Shown here: positions 28,256 to 40,300 of the stretch, piece after piece
Position numbering within the stretch: the first letter of the stretch is position 1
How the letters are laid out: every line of letters starts with the position of its first letter
Assembly: GCA_002633005.1 (NCBI GenBank)
Contig: NMRA01000152.1
Coordinates: 360,594-424,593, forward strand
DNA length: 64,000 nt
DNA from: Phoronis australis
Taxonomy: Eukaryota > Animalia > Phoronida
Reading direction: 5' to 3'
Made by a program: the position numbers and the translations under genes
Notes under the pieces: model-generated
The model's database searches: none
Told to the model about the DNA's origin: nothing
The model's input: only the letters and a program-made list of their open reading frames with translations

Positions 28256-28883
28256 TTAAGCAACACTTTTTCACGAGATATGTTTACCAGGTTATGATGT
28301 TTATCAGACTACAACCGTACATCAACTCATATATACCCTACACGAGAGCCAAGCGTCTCTGCGGCGGTGTTCACGCTAATGGTGTCGGACGCTACGAAAC
28401 AATAGTTTAATCCGAACTTAGAAGGAATCTAAGCAATGAAGGAATATTCCTACATCGCGCAGATTCCTACATGGTTCGGAACAGGGACAATGGGTAACGA
28501 ACAGGCTGATCCAGAACAGTCCAGCCAGCTACAAGAGAGGGTTAGAGTGTTAGGTAACAAAACTTGGTTATCAATCTCCTAGTCGTTTTGAACACACCAC
28601 AACTAATTTGCTAGACTTTGCCATGGAGAAACTTATTTACAAACGCCAGCAGTTGTCGCGAAAGTTAATTTCAGCTAATGTGTATGCGTATTATTTATTT
28701 AAATCCTAACATTCACAGTGTTAATGCCGTTTTTTTTTTAGTTTTGAGTAGTATTGTTTGTCATTTTAATCTAAAATGTGCTTTTTCATAAAAGCGGCTC
28801 ACAAATATTTATGTTAGTCTCCTAGCATTCTCTGTGTAATCAGGTTCGACTCAATACCACAGTATAATGGCACATTAAACTAT

Positions 28884-28939
28884 GTATCCGTCCGTCTATC
28901 TGTTTATCTACCTACCCGTCTGTCTGTCTGCCTGTCTGT

Positions 28940-29002
<63 letters not shown>

Positions 29003-29070
29003 CCCTGCCCTGCCCTGCCCTGCCCTGCCCTGCCCTGCCTGCCTGCCTGCCTGCCTGTCTGTCTATCCAT
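28884..29070. repeat. Compound microsatellite (CTGT/CTGC)n-(CCCTG)n
   Basis: Direct reading. Confidence 0.95.
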
Positions 29071-29495
29071 ACATATGGCTTTACGTCTTGGCATATGCTG
29101 GGATTTGAGTCAACTAAAAATAGTGACCTATTTATTCAAAACATGGAAATAGCTGTCCCACCATTTTCCATTGCAAAGGAGAATTCTTGACTGCCAAGTC
29201 AGTAGCAGCGTTTGATAAAGCTCTAAGAATTCTGATCACAGCCAATCCCAAAGAATAAAATACATTAGTGAACTCAACCTAAACACACAATAGGAGGGAC
29301 TGTCATTGCAACTTATTCCTGTTTTAAATTGATGAACCACCATGTAACAGCTGTGAATTTCCGTCCATCCAATCAAGCGGAAGTCGCTTTCGCACTCTCA
29401 TTACTCAAGAGTGAAAACTACGCTATTGTTTCGTGTTCATTAGTCTGGGGTTCACCTTCCTCCTTTCGGCAACTCATGCAACTAAGGTGGTTACG

Positions 29496-29651
29496 CATGG
29501 GTGGCGCACCATAGGGGACTGGGGGCTATAGCCCCCCCCCCCACTTTTTTCAGTGCTACGCCGCACATGGTCTATAAGCGGTGCACCACAGGGGGCTGAA
29601 GGGGCTGTAGCCTCCTCCCCACACACTTTTTTCAGTGCTGTGCCGCCCATG
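29496..29651 (+). mobile_element. Tandem dimer of a ~75-bp MITE (family B)
   Basis: Two head-to-tail diverged units CATGGGTGGCGCACC...GGGGCT(A/G)TAGCC...ACTTTTTTCAGTGCT...CCGC(A/C)CATG. TTACG flanks the whole dimer. Confidence 0.6.
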
Positions 29652-30315
29652 TTACGAGAAACTTGAGACGACGGAGAAATCTTGACTCGTGGAGCTGAAA
29701 CAGTCTCTTTACCCCCACAATTCACCACTCCATCCGTTCTGCCACAGTAACGTCTCAGTAGAACTTACTTGGGGAAGCACAGCTCGTCTTTCATTCACTT
29801 GATTTAATGAACAGAGAGTAAATTCATTAAAATTGTAAACATAAAGTTACGCTACAACCTTTTCAGTTACCCGGTGACCAATTTAAGAAGGAGTCTGCTC
29901 AGTGCCCGGCTAAAAATGAGTCTCCTAAACAAGAATCGCGTGTTTGCCATGATATCCGACAACACGAGAGCTCACCATGAAGGTTTTCATTCTTCCTCAG
30001 TATTTAGTCCGACATGAATGGCTGTTTAGATTTATACCCAAATCGTCTATCAGATAACAGTTTATGATTAATTTATCCGTTATTGCATGGTTTCCAAGAA
30101 ATGGGCGATTCCATCGAGAATCTACAAAACATTTTCTACAAAACTGAGACCGAGAGTGATTTTCAAGTAGTTTTATCATCATCGAAGTCGAAATCGTCGT
30201 CGTCGTCAAACTGACTTTGAAGATATAGTTGCATGTAAATTCAGGATACATCATGCTTATAAAAACTGTGCAGGATAAGGATTTTAGCGGCAATGGGGTA
30301 ACATTTATAGCACAA

Positions 30316-30478
30316 AACAAACACACTGAACAACCAATGCAAACTCCGAAACAGTAGAACATTTTATCTGGATTGGAGACAATTATTTCAAGTAAAATAA
30401 ACAAACACACTGAACAACAAAGCCCGAAACAGTAGAACATTTTATCTGGATTGGAGACAGTTATTTTTAGTAAAATAT
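30316..30478. repeat. Tandem duplication, about 80 bp x 2
   Basis: ACACACTGAACAAC...CCGAAACAGTAGAACATTTTATCTGGATTGGAGACA occurs twice. Confidence 0.9.
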
Positions 30479-31664
30479 AAGTGAAATAAAAACACTTTAC
30501 TATACGAAGGTGAGTTACTTATTGTACACCGTGATGAGTGATTGAAGAGATGCCTACTTTTTACAAGCAACAAGAATTATACTATTAAGACCCCTCTAAC
30601 ATTGATAAAAAGATATTCGCCATGAAAATGCTCAAGATCAAGACTGCCAACATTGAAATATATAGATAGAGATATGTGTACGTGCCCCAAGACCCAGTGC
30701 CTCTCAATTTCAATAAATATGTAGGGGATACAATACGACTGAGGGTCGCAAAACCTGCATTTAGCGAAAAACAATTTTCTAATAAGTATTTCGTTGTGAA
30801 CAAATTACTCTGTGGGATAATTAATATAAAATCCTATCGACAAACTTCGTTCTGTAGACCCGTTCTTGCAGATTCAGTTGCCAAGTTCGGATGTCATTAG
30901 TATTAGCCACTAGTTTTTGCTATCATATTCATGACGTCATAATGTGGTTGATGTAGGGTTTCATGTCTTCAGCATTAATTGTTTGTGTCATATGTCATCA
31001 CGTTTTACGTAAGACGCGTGAATCATCCGACATTTGCAGCAAAAGGGAATACTTGTTAATCTAAAGAGCATAGAGTCATTGACATGAGAGATAATAAGAT
31101 TTCAACGCATGTGCATGGCGTGATGGTCAACAACAAACAGGTGCGATTGTGCAATAACTACTGGCGTTGGTCTATTGCATGAGTAACCGCTACATCAAGT
31201 ACTGAATAAAAGTGATCCTACATTGGCTCATCAGTACTTAAATGTGTACAAAGATAGGGCCGTCCAGGATACACAGCGACACTCGAATCTCGCTGTATTC
31301 GCCCACAATGCCGTAAACATCCGCCAGGCACATTTGCTGCCTCGTTTTCATGCCACTGGAGTTTCACATGTTATTTGTTGTTGTCTAATTCCTTACAGGT
31401 TGCATTACTCTATTCGTCCTTCCAAAACCATCGAAGTATTACTGCTGTGCCACCGGCTGCAACTCCGACGTGAGAACTTTGTGAAAAACTGATCACGTGC
31501 CCGTGGATGCGTGATCTGAAATTCTTCGCCTTCCCGTCATCGATGGGAGACAGGAAAATGTGCCTGATTTACAAAACGAGGTCACGCGGTTTCTTATCTC
31601 CGGCGAGAAGAGGTCTATTGCCGAGTAATCTGGGATGGCCCTATATAGCGATTGATGTATTTAA

Positions 31665-31950
31665 GATAGATAGATAGGTAGATAGGTAGATAGGCAGGCA
31701 GGAGGGCAGGCAGGCAGGCAGGCAGATAGATATAAAGATGGACAGACAGCTAGATAGATATAGGCATGGAGAAAGACAGATTGATAGATAGACAGATAAG
31801 TGGATAAGTAGGTAGGTAGACAGACAGACAGACAGACAGACAGATAGATAGATAGAAAGATGGACAGACAGACAGATAGACAGATAGGGAGAAAGACGAA
31901 TCGATAGACAGAAAAATGGATAGGTAGGTAAGTAGATAGATAGATAGGGA
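31665..31950. repeat. Compound microsatellite (TAGA/TAGG/CAGG/CAGA)n
   Basis: Direct reading. Confidence 0.95.
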
Positions 31951-32451
31951 TGTATATCGGAGGTGGCCAGGTGATATTACCAATTGATACCCTGTTCCTG
32001 TTTTTGTGAAATCATTCATCCTTTTGTGTTAAGGACGATCAAATTGAAGGGTCCCATATGACCGAATCAACGGTCATTTGTTTCATGTTTATTCATGATA
32101 CTGAGTGTTGCTATTGCAAGGGAGGTCCGGGGTGATTTTCCAATTGCCCTCCAAGGTCACATTGGAAAGTAGGCAAAAATTCAAATCGTCCTAGGAAACA
32201 ACAAAACGTTTTTATTCGAAGCACAACAGCGGTACAGACAACCAAAATTGTGAGACTGGATTTAAAAAGGACGTTTGGAATTACTTGAGGACCGCAATTT
32301 GTGAATTACTAATATTTCTGTTGGTTTTATAATGGAAAAATGGACGATAATTTTGCCCAAATAATTCGGGAATGGCGTATGTGTTGAAGATCGTTATTAC
32401 GAACGGGTTGTTTATGATAAGGAAGTTGTTCGTGTGACATTCTCTTCTTAA

Positions 32452-34132
32452 AGGAGAATGCCACCCGATTTAATTAGTCATTTTGCCGTCTTAATCGGTC
32501 TATATCCACATCGCCTCGCATACGGTCGACATTACCTGGCCGAGAGGTGTCGCGTTAACCTGTGAGGAAGGTGAGAAACGACGCTAGGGACGTCAGTGGT
32601 TCATATGCAGAGTGAATGCCGCTATGTTGCGGTGCATCGTTCCCGCTTGTCCGAACTAAGCAGCTGCGACGAAAGCGGGTATGTCGTTTTTTTACTTCCT
32701 CGAGAGTCCGAAATGCTTAGGAAGTGGCTCATGGTAGTGAAGAATGAAATGTACGCTGTAAATAGGCCGTGAAACATCTCCGTGTCTGTGGCGCCTGCAG
32801 TCGACGTCGACAGTGCCCGACGAATGCCGGTTTACCAAATAACTCCATACGTTCCGTTGTCTGAGCTTGTTCACGGCGCCTCTCTAGTATTTCTTCATCA
32901 CTGTATTCCTGTTCAAATTGATAGCCTGTAAAACTTAACGATCCACCTGCGAAGTGGGGACTGATGAGCTCTAGCTCGTCCTAAGTTGGGATTGCGAGTT
33001 GCCATGTTGGCGTTTATTACTGAGCGCTCTGTTTCAAAATGAATTATTCTCACCCTAACCAATACTTATATAAAACTGAAACAAAGTCTGTCTCATTAGA
33101 TGCAATTTGCAATGCCTTTGGAGTGTTCGTGAGTGCAAATGATTTGAGAAGCTGTGCAGCAATGAATAAATCACTGCGTTACCGGCTTTAGGTGCAATAA
33201 AACTAATTGACGGGACACCGAGGCCGTGTGAGCTCATGCTAATTAGTGTTTGCTGGCAGAAACTGTTGTGAAACAATTCGATTTCCATCCCACGGCAAGG
33301 TGTTAGGGGAATCTTTATTCACATTTACATTACTCAAATAATGATTGTCAATGTACAACTTCTGCCCTGACGGTGCTGTGGCCAAAGCGGAACCTAAATT
33401 TGCGGCCTCCGACGAGTAAGTAGATTTGCAGTTTCGTGGCTAATTCACCAACATAATCACGTGCACATTAGTTTGGCTCACTAGTATAGTATTTTCTTGA
33501 CTGGAAGTTTAATTCAGTCCTCTGAACTTTGGCTGGTTTATGTTCGTGATGTCTGACCAGTTTCCGAGCCACTGGCCTGGATAACGTCGAGTCAATCCTG
33601 CCGGCCGCGACGGGCCTGATCGGGCTCCGATCCACTGGCCAGGATAACACGCGTTTTGTGTTTAGAACTCAAAAAATCACAAGTCTAAACAACACAGATC
33701 TAGGTTCTCCTGTCTGTATCTCACGGAAAATACTTTGAAATTATCTCCGAACAGGCCAAACTCCTAGTGCTACGGACCTTATTGGCCTGCCGAACTTTGT
33801 AGGCTGCGGTGTGTCCAAATACCAGTAAATCCGTAAGAGCGAAATAAAACAACACGTTTTTATAAGAACTCGGTGTATTTTTAAGGGTTTTACATCGAAG
33901 TTTGATGAGTTATTGGCGTTAAACGATGACTTCAAGCGATAAGCTGACACCTGTAACCCGTGTTGTGAACTGCTGAACAGACTGTGTGTGAAACCGATGA
34001 CGTCATTGGATAATTGCAACACCTCCGTCTGCCGTCAGGTGTCAGGTAACGCAACCGTACGTGTCGTTATGGAGTAGAACTACTCGATCTAAATTGATAC
34101 AAATTAGGTTGTTTTTTGGGTGGGATGCTCCT
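32452..34132 (+). mobile_element. Kolobok-like DNA transposon, internally deleted
   Basis: TTAA|AGGAGAATGCCACCC ... GGGTGGGATGCTCCT|TTAA: 15-bp TIR with 2 mismatches and a TTAA TSD (32448-32451, 34133-34136). There is a THAP remnant near the left end and subterminal direct repeats CCACTGGCC(T/A)GGATAAC at about 33570-33650. Confidence 0.75.
32624..32800 (+). pseudogene. Decayed THAP zinc-finger domain inside the Kolobok-like element
   Basis: MLRCIVPACPN*AAATKAGMSFF /frameshift/ LPRESEMLRKWLMVVKN /frameshift/ KHLRVC follows the THAP pattern C-x4-C-x-N...F-x-(F/L)P...W...VC. It has one stop and two frameshifts. Confidence 0.65.
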
Positions 34133-37100
34133 TTAACGTATTGTGGCCAGTCGCGAACAAAGATCTCTACGATTTTTTGTTGTATAAGATAAACTTATAA
34201 ATCGTAGCATGGTACAATTTGAAAGGATCTGTTTTCACATGGAAGTGCCCCTTTCCCGGGTGCCTTCCGGAATTCACTAAAAATCCTTACTGTGAATTAA
34301 TTAGAAATGAGATTTTATTATGTAGCAACTTGTAAAAAACTCGAAATGCACATTGCGTGTTTGTACCGTTAGTGTCGCATTGCGAGGTTGCCACGTGATA
34401 GCTCAACATGCTTAGATTATCTCCTCTATTTTCTCATTACTGTAGCCTATAAAGGTTGGTTTCTCACATATATCTTTATGTATCTACGAAAGTTGACTAA
34501 TTCGTGGATATATTTTGACAATTACAAATCTTCTACGAAATTTATGATGCAGTGAAGTTTGATGCTGGTTGAAATTCGGGAAAATATTCCGACCCCTAAA
34601 TAGCAATGTCCGGCACCGTGGTTGACGGTCGGTGATTGTGTTACTCAGTAGCTCCAGTGTCAACTACTCGTCTTAACACAAACTGGGGCAGGGTGGAACA
34701 GATCATCTCTGTTACGTTTGCGCAAACGGGTGATCCGCTGGCATTCCACGTGATGCGAGCATGCGCTGACAGTCTTCGTGTAAATGACTCGTGTGTGTCC
34801 ATTTTGCGATCTTATGTCGTGCAAATGCGACTAAAGTGGAGCAACTCGCGCCGTGACAACTCGTGCCGTGACAATTGTTCCCCGTGTAAAAACGGCTCGA
34901 GTGCATCGCGCCAGTGCCATGTTTGTAGGCTAAGTGAGGAACTATGTTTATGAGTGCAGCAGCCGTGTTATTTATGAAGACTATTAACAGCATAAAAGTA
35001 ATAAATTTACCCTCGTAGTTGATTAACCATGTGTTAAAACTTCCAGGTTCATAAAATTGTAGGTCTCGACCTGTTCCAGTGAAATGACTGATTACGTGAA
35101 ATCTATTACTATATAGGGCTCCTCCTATACTTTAGATTACAGCATCACTTTCCGTGGTCACATGACTTAGATTGATGATTTGTAAAGGTACAGTTACCAA
35201 AGCTTGATGAACTCATGGCAGTTGACCTTCAAATATGACCGGTATTTTTTTCCACAATTAGCTGCAGTAGTTTTAGCTGAAAGGTTTTACTTTGTACTGC
35301 AGTCGTCCACCAGCAAAATGAGATAGTTGTTTTTTTTATTTGTCGCTTTACACAATTACAGCAACATTACGTCGTGCCGTTCGTTTTCTTCATGAAAATA
35401 ATAACATCGATAAAATCATCACTCATTGAAAAACCCATTTATATTCGTTAAGTGGCTGAAAACAATTCCACCCTCGGATGTATCCGATGTTTTGCATTTC
35501 ATTGGTGTTGAGAAAAAAAAAACGGCGTGTCAGAGAGGAATACGCCAGGATGCAACAACGATGCAGAAATGTCAGTGTCAGCGCTGATTGACACGAAAAT
35601 GTTACTGGACTGTGTATATGCATGTGTTAAATCTGAATGGCGTAAAATACTTGGCGAGCAAGCACAACAAGTAGGACAGATGACTCCACATTCTACATTT
35701 TTGTTGTTTTTTGCAACAATTTCAATTGTAGCACACATTAATGGTAATTTATATCAGCACGTGTCGAACGCAATAAATTTTGGTTGTGTTTCAAACTGTT
35801 GACTTTTTTCTTCAAAGTTGAGGAAGGCCTAAGGATACAAGGGAAAGAAACTGTTGGTAATCGAGTGGGCCAAAGTGTGACGAAAGTGAATGTGCCTATT
35901 GAATTAACCTTTCTATGGTCAAGTGGTTTGTCTTGCTTTTGATATGGAGCGAGTATCTCTGGTCGACGAAAACTAATCCAAGATTGTAGTCTGCTTCATG
36001 CTACTTTTTCCCGTTATTTGCTTCACAACTGATACATTGTTGTACATTCTACCTCCACCCGTTCAGTAATGAAACATCGCGAAAACCTATATTTACAATT
36101 TACTTAGTATAAATATTGAACGGTCTAGGAATTTTTAATAAAAAGTAGTTTTATATTCTACTACCAGGCAGTGGTGTGAGTTTTGAAAAGAATGTTTACT
36201 ATTTTGACATGATTTACTATTTTAATGTAAGAAATAATGTTAAACTGTTAAAATGCCTGAGATTTTTTTGTCAATAACGGATTATTGTACACGAACTCAA
36301 AATATCAAAATTTTGCCGTCATCATTTTCACCAAATTGTATTGGCAAATGATATGAAAATGTACGCCAGTCCGCGAGAACTCTTAGCTACGGGATATTCT
36401 GACCATGCAGGCCTAGATTAACTCGCTAACTTGTAAAACCCGTAGGTGTTAACAGTGTCAGGCTAGGAATTCTAAACTTTACATTTGAAACGTACACCTA
36501 CGAATGAGGTCAGCGTCAAAATAGAATTGTCAGGTGAAAGTATTGGAAACCACAAAGCTCTTACAGCTCAGAACCGACTGCGTAAAGAAGCAAATCTGTC
36601 GCTAAAAAAGCAAGCGTTCGCGAGATTTTGCTGTTTATCTTAAATGAGAGCACAGGATTTTTGGCTAGATTTTTCTCGCCGCGAAACAGCTACTGAACTC
36701 TACCCAGCATCGGAGGCGGAATACTCTGGGCTGGATACCTTGTCCATGTAAAATCAGTCACAGTCACTGGGTACGCTTGGACGTTGGATTCGGTCGTAGT
36801 TGCCGGTAGAGGTCGCCGCTGTCTGACTTACGGAGCCATAGACACTTTCTTCAACAAGGATCACCTTCGACTGAATCGTGGCTGCCCTGTACGGACCTAG
36901 TCCAGATGGCTGGGCAGTTACTGCCTGATACATGGTAGTGACCAAGTAAACTGCCTTGTGCACATCCTATATGTTGTAACTCGATAGTGATGAATTGAGA
37001 TGCCCTTTAACTTTTTCTGGAACAGTTAATGACTGTCCGTTACTGTTAATTAACTTTGGGTTTTTGATGTCTTATTACTTGCAATGAGTACTGTAGTGTC

Positions 37101-37619
37101 AACGGTCTCAACTGCGGGATTGTTGCTATGCACATGTATAGTGGCTCAAAAGAGCAGTGGTTTTAAGGAAATATTGTTTTCTATCAAATGAATGTCTCAA
37201 AGAAAGGACGTTTCGATGCAAGCAAAGTGGTTCATTCTCCTCAATGATTTCCTAAATAAACAGCTAAATAAGCAGACCGGGTATATCTTCAAAACAAAAG
37301 AAATTTTACATTTCTGTTTAAGTCTGTATGAACATCAAGCATTAGCTGTATCCTATGAGACGAAGTGGGCGTTGTATTAATGTATGACAGTGAAAACACA
37401 GACTGAGGCAAAAGTTAGAATTAACGTGGAATAAATCAGCTTTAGAATATGACGCGGAAGACAGTTCTTTAAAAGTATACAAGACACCGCATTTTTAGAT
37501 AATTTTTGGCAATCGCGTTACCATATTCCCAGGAATCCCATCTTTATGTGTTGGTGCTAAATTTCAGTTTAGGTCCCGTGAGTTGCGGTTGAGCCATTTG
37601 ATTATCATCAAAACGGTTT

Positions 37620-38290
37620 TGAGTTCTACCTGTTGCGTATGGACGGATAGTTTATTTGATGACAACCAATCGAACAGACGAGTCAAGAGTCTGGCTTGAC
37701 ATCAGTGGGACAAATGGTTCGTGTGTCATCAGCATTCATAATGATATCTGGATTGTTTGACAGATGAAGGTCGTTAACGTGAACAATGAAAAACAGGGGA
37801 CAGAGTGTTGACCCCTGTAGAACACCGGTCGTGATAGCCTGTTTTGAAAGTCTATGAACTGTTTACGATCAGTCGAGTAAGAGGAGAACCACTGTATCAT
37901 GTCAGTTATTTTTAACATCACAATGCTGTAACTTTAATTACGGAATGGTTTAAAGTGTCAAATGCATTTGATAAATCAAGAAACGTTGTATCGTGAAATT
38001 ACAATTGCCCATGAACAAATTTTTCAAATATTTTAGATAAGTACGAAAAAAGAGGTATTGGTTTGTATCTAATCCATTGCCTTTAAAATATGGAATGATT
38101 GAGGCAATCTTCACTTTGTCTAGAAAAAATCCTGATGTTATCGACTTACTAAGTATAGTTATTGGTTTTGCTGTATTCCTTCCATAAATTCGAATGACTT
38201 GTGAAGACATTTTGTCCTAGCCAACACTAGAAGTAGGTTTTAAAGTCGAAATGATCTTCAGAACCATTTGATCTGTGGCCAGTGCAAAGT
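37620..38290 (-). mobile_element. Degenerate non-LTR retrotransposon (CR1/L2-type) reverse transcriptase fragment
   Basis: Minus-strand pieces KPITILSKSITSGFFLDKVKIASIIPYFKG, QWFSSYSTDRKQFI and GVLQGSTLCPLFFIVHVNDL...NADDT match the LINE RT motifs GVPQGSxLGP and YADD. Frameshifted. Confidence 0.85.
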
Positions 38291-39471
38291 TGAACTGCTT
38301 TGGGCAGGAGGGAGAACGCTGTCAGAGGAAAGTACGTTTGAAGTTGTGATCGACTGGGGAGATATTTAAAACAACGCTACGTCGAGACGTTGTCGAGATT
38401 TACCCATGATTTTTGTGAGATGTAACGTTACTTTTTGCTATACCTTTTTTCTTCTTTTGCATTTTGTCACTAAGTGCCGTGTGGTTGCTTTGTATGTAAT
38501 TGTTACTCGCTGCCTGCCATTCTGTGTTGTGCTGGAAGATACTGTACTGATGACTTGTCGACGTCATGAATGCTGCTGCCATCTGACAGGTTTTATGCTG
38601 ACTTTATAGCCACGGCCACACCAAATACAGCGAGGACAGAAGGCGAGATTCGCCCGTTCTTGCGAAACTGTCCGGGTGTTTTGCCTCCTCTTACTCGTCA
38701 CCTAGTTTAATGTGGTCGAAGTTTATTTTGGGCGATTTAAAATAGACATGTTCGTTGAAAATAATGAAAACTTTGTGAAAAATCGTAAAAATCTGCTCTA
38801 GTTTCAATTCCAAACAATTCAAAACCAATCTAAAATGTAGAAAAGAAGTATTTGCCAACGTAAATGTCATCCGAATGGCCTAGCTGTAAGATGTTTTCAA
38901 ACATTCCCTAGGCCTAGACAGTTTAGCTGCTCTCGCACCTGTAAAAGGTCTAGTAATCATGTTTTTCTGTTGTGCCAAAGTTCGCGAACTCATTTACTGA
39001 GATTACGAGTGGTATATAACACCGAGTTCGCATTCTGTCTCTGTTAATGGCAGAGTGACGTCACAGAGATGCTTTTATGTCCGTTTTAACGTTTTCGACT
39101 AACATCATGGGCGTGCCTAATTGTGGGGAACATAATATCAAAGTTATTTCTCAATCGCGAATGTTGTCTTCTTGAAGGCGTTTTACGTTAAGTTTGCCAT
39201 AAAAAAATAAAAATCGGTAAATTGTCTTACTCTGAAACGTATTCACATGACCAGGGTGAGTTCGGGGGGTTCGATCGAGCCACCACCCGCGGAAAAGGTC
39301 CAGCCCCAGCCTATCCGTTAAAGATAGAATATAGGTGGACAACACCAACAAAATTGTTGAATTTGCTACTGATTTAAAGCGCTTCACGTAATCATCGGGC
39401 GTACCCGGCCAACTTCCCCCGAGTGGTGTTTGCGTAGATGAAAAGATCGTGCAGACGATTAGAGGAGGCTT

Positions 39472-39537
39472 TCTCGCTGGTTCCCTGCGTGCCGCTTAGC
39501 TGGCTACCATCAAGCGGCACGCAGAGAACCAGCGAGA
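39472..39537. repeat. GC-rich inverted repeat (26-bp arms, 14-nt loop)
   Basis: TCTCGCTGGTTCCCTGCGTGCCGCTT / AAGCGGCACGCAGAGAACCAGCGAGA, one mismatch. Confidence 0.9.
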
Positions 39538-40092
39538 GGAGGCTATTATGTTATTCATCGGCATTGAACGCGCGTGGTCGGATACACCATAGGGTAGCAA
39601 AGGGAATCTACAAGTATATGTCTATACCAAACTAAGCTATATAGCAGTGAGATACCTTCCAAGAAGTAGTGCGCTGTGGATGCCTTAGCGACCAAGAAAC
39701 AAAACAGCAGAAATTAAGTTTGTTATTTGCTATTCATTGGTATACTTGCTAGCATAGTGCGGTAAAGTGCAGGCATTTTCAAATTTCGAATGGAAAGTGA
39801 TCGTCAAATGGATGTTCATCTAATGTCCATTTTGATTGTGGATTGGTGGATTGACATGCATGCGTGTACGTGTGTTCGTTTCCGTTCTTTGAAATTCATT
39901 TGACTACCTTGTGTTCTTGCTCTGAGAAAACCCCGACGAGCATGTTCACGTTATTAAGGAAAAGTGGGTCTAGGCTTAATTAAACTTTGATCAATAAAGA
40001 AAGTCTTCTCTTGTCTATGACGCACAGCCTTGCAGACTTCATACGAGCAACAAACTTGATGGAGAAGATTTCCAAGGTTGTACGTCACTATT

Positions 40093-40300
40093 TCGAAGGT
40101 CCACTACTCCGAACGTATATTAGTCCGAGGGTCCACTGCCCGATCCGAAGGTTCCGTACTGTGAAGGTCCACTACTCCAAAGGTCTGCGACTCCGAAGGC
40201 TCACTACTCCAAGGTTCACTACTCCGAAGGTCCACTACTCCGAAGGTTCGGTACCTTGGAAGGTTCACTACTTCGCCAAATGTCCACTAATTCCGAAACC
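40093..40300. repeat. Degenerate ~16-bp minisatellite (CCGAAGGTCCACTACT)
   Basis: About 10 imperfect copies. Confidence 0.85.

Noticed and set aside
28882-29190. ORFs with LPAC/RQAG repeats
   Set aside because: Translations of a microsatellite.
31750-32019. 89-aa ORF rich in LS/IY
   Set aside because: Translation of a (TAGA/CAGA)n microsatellite.
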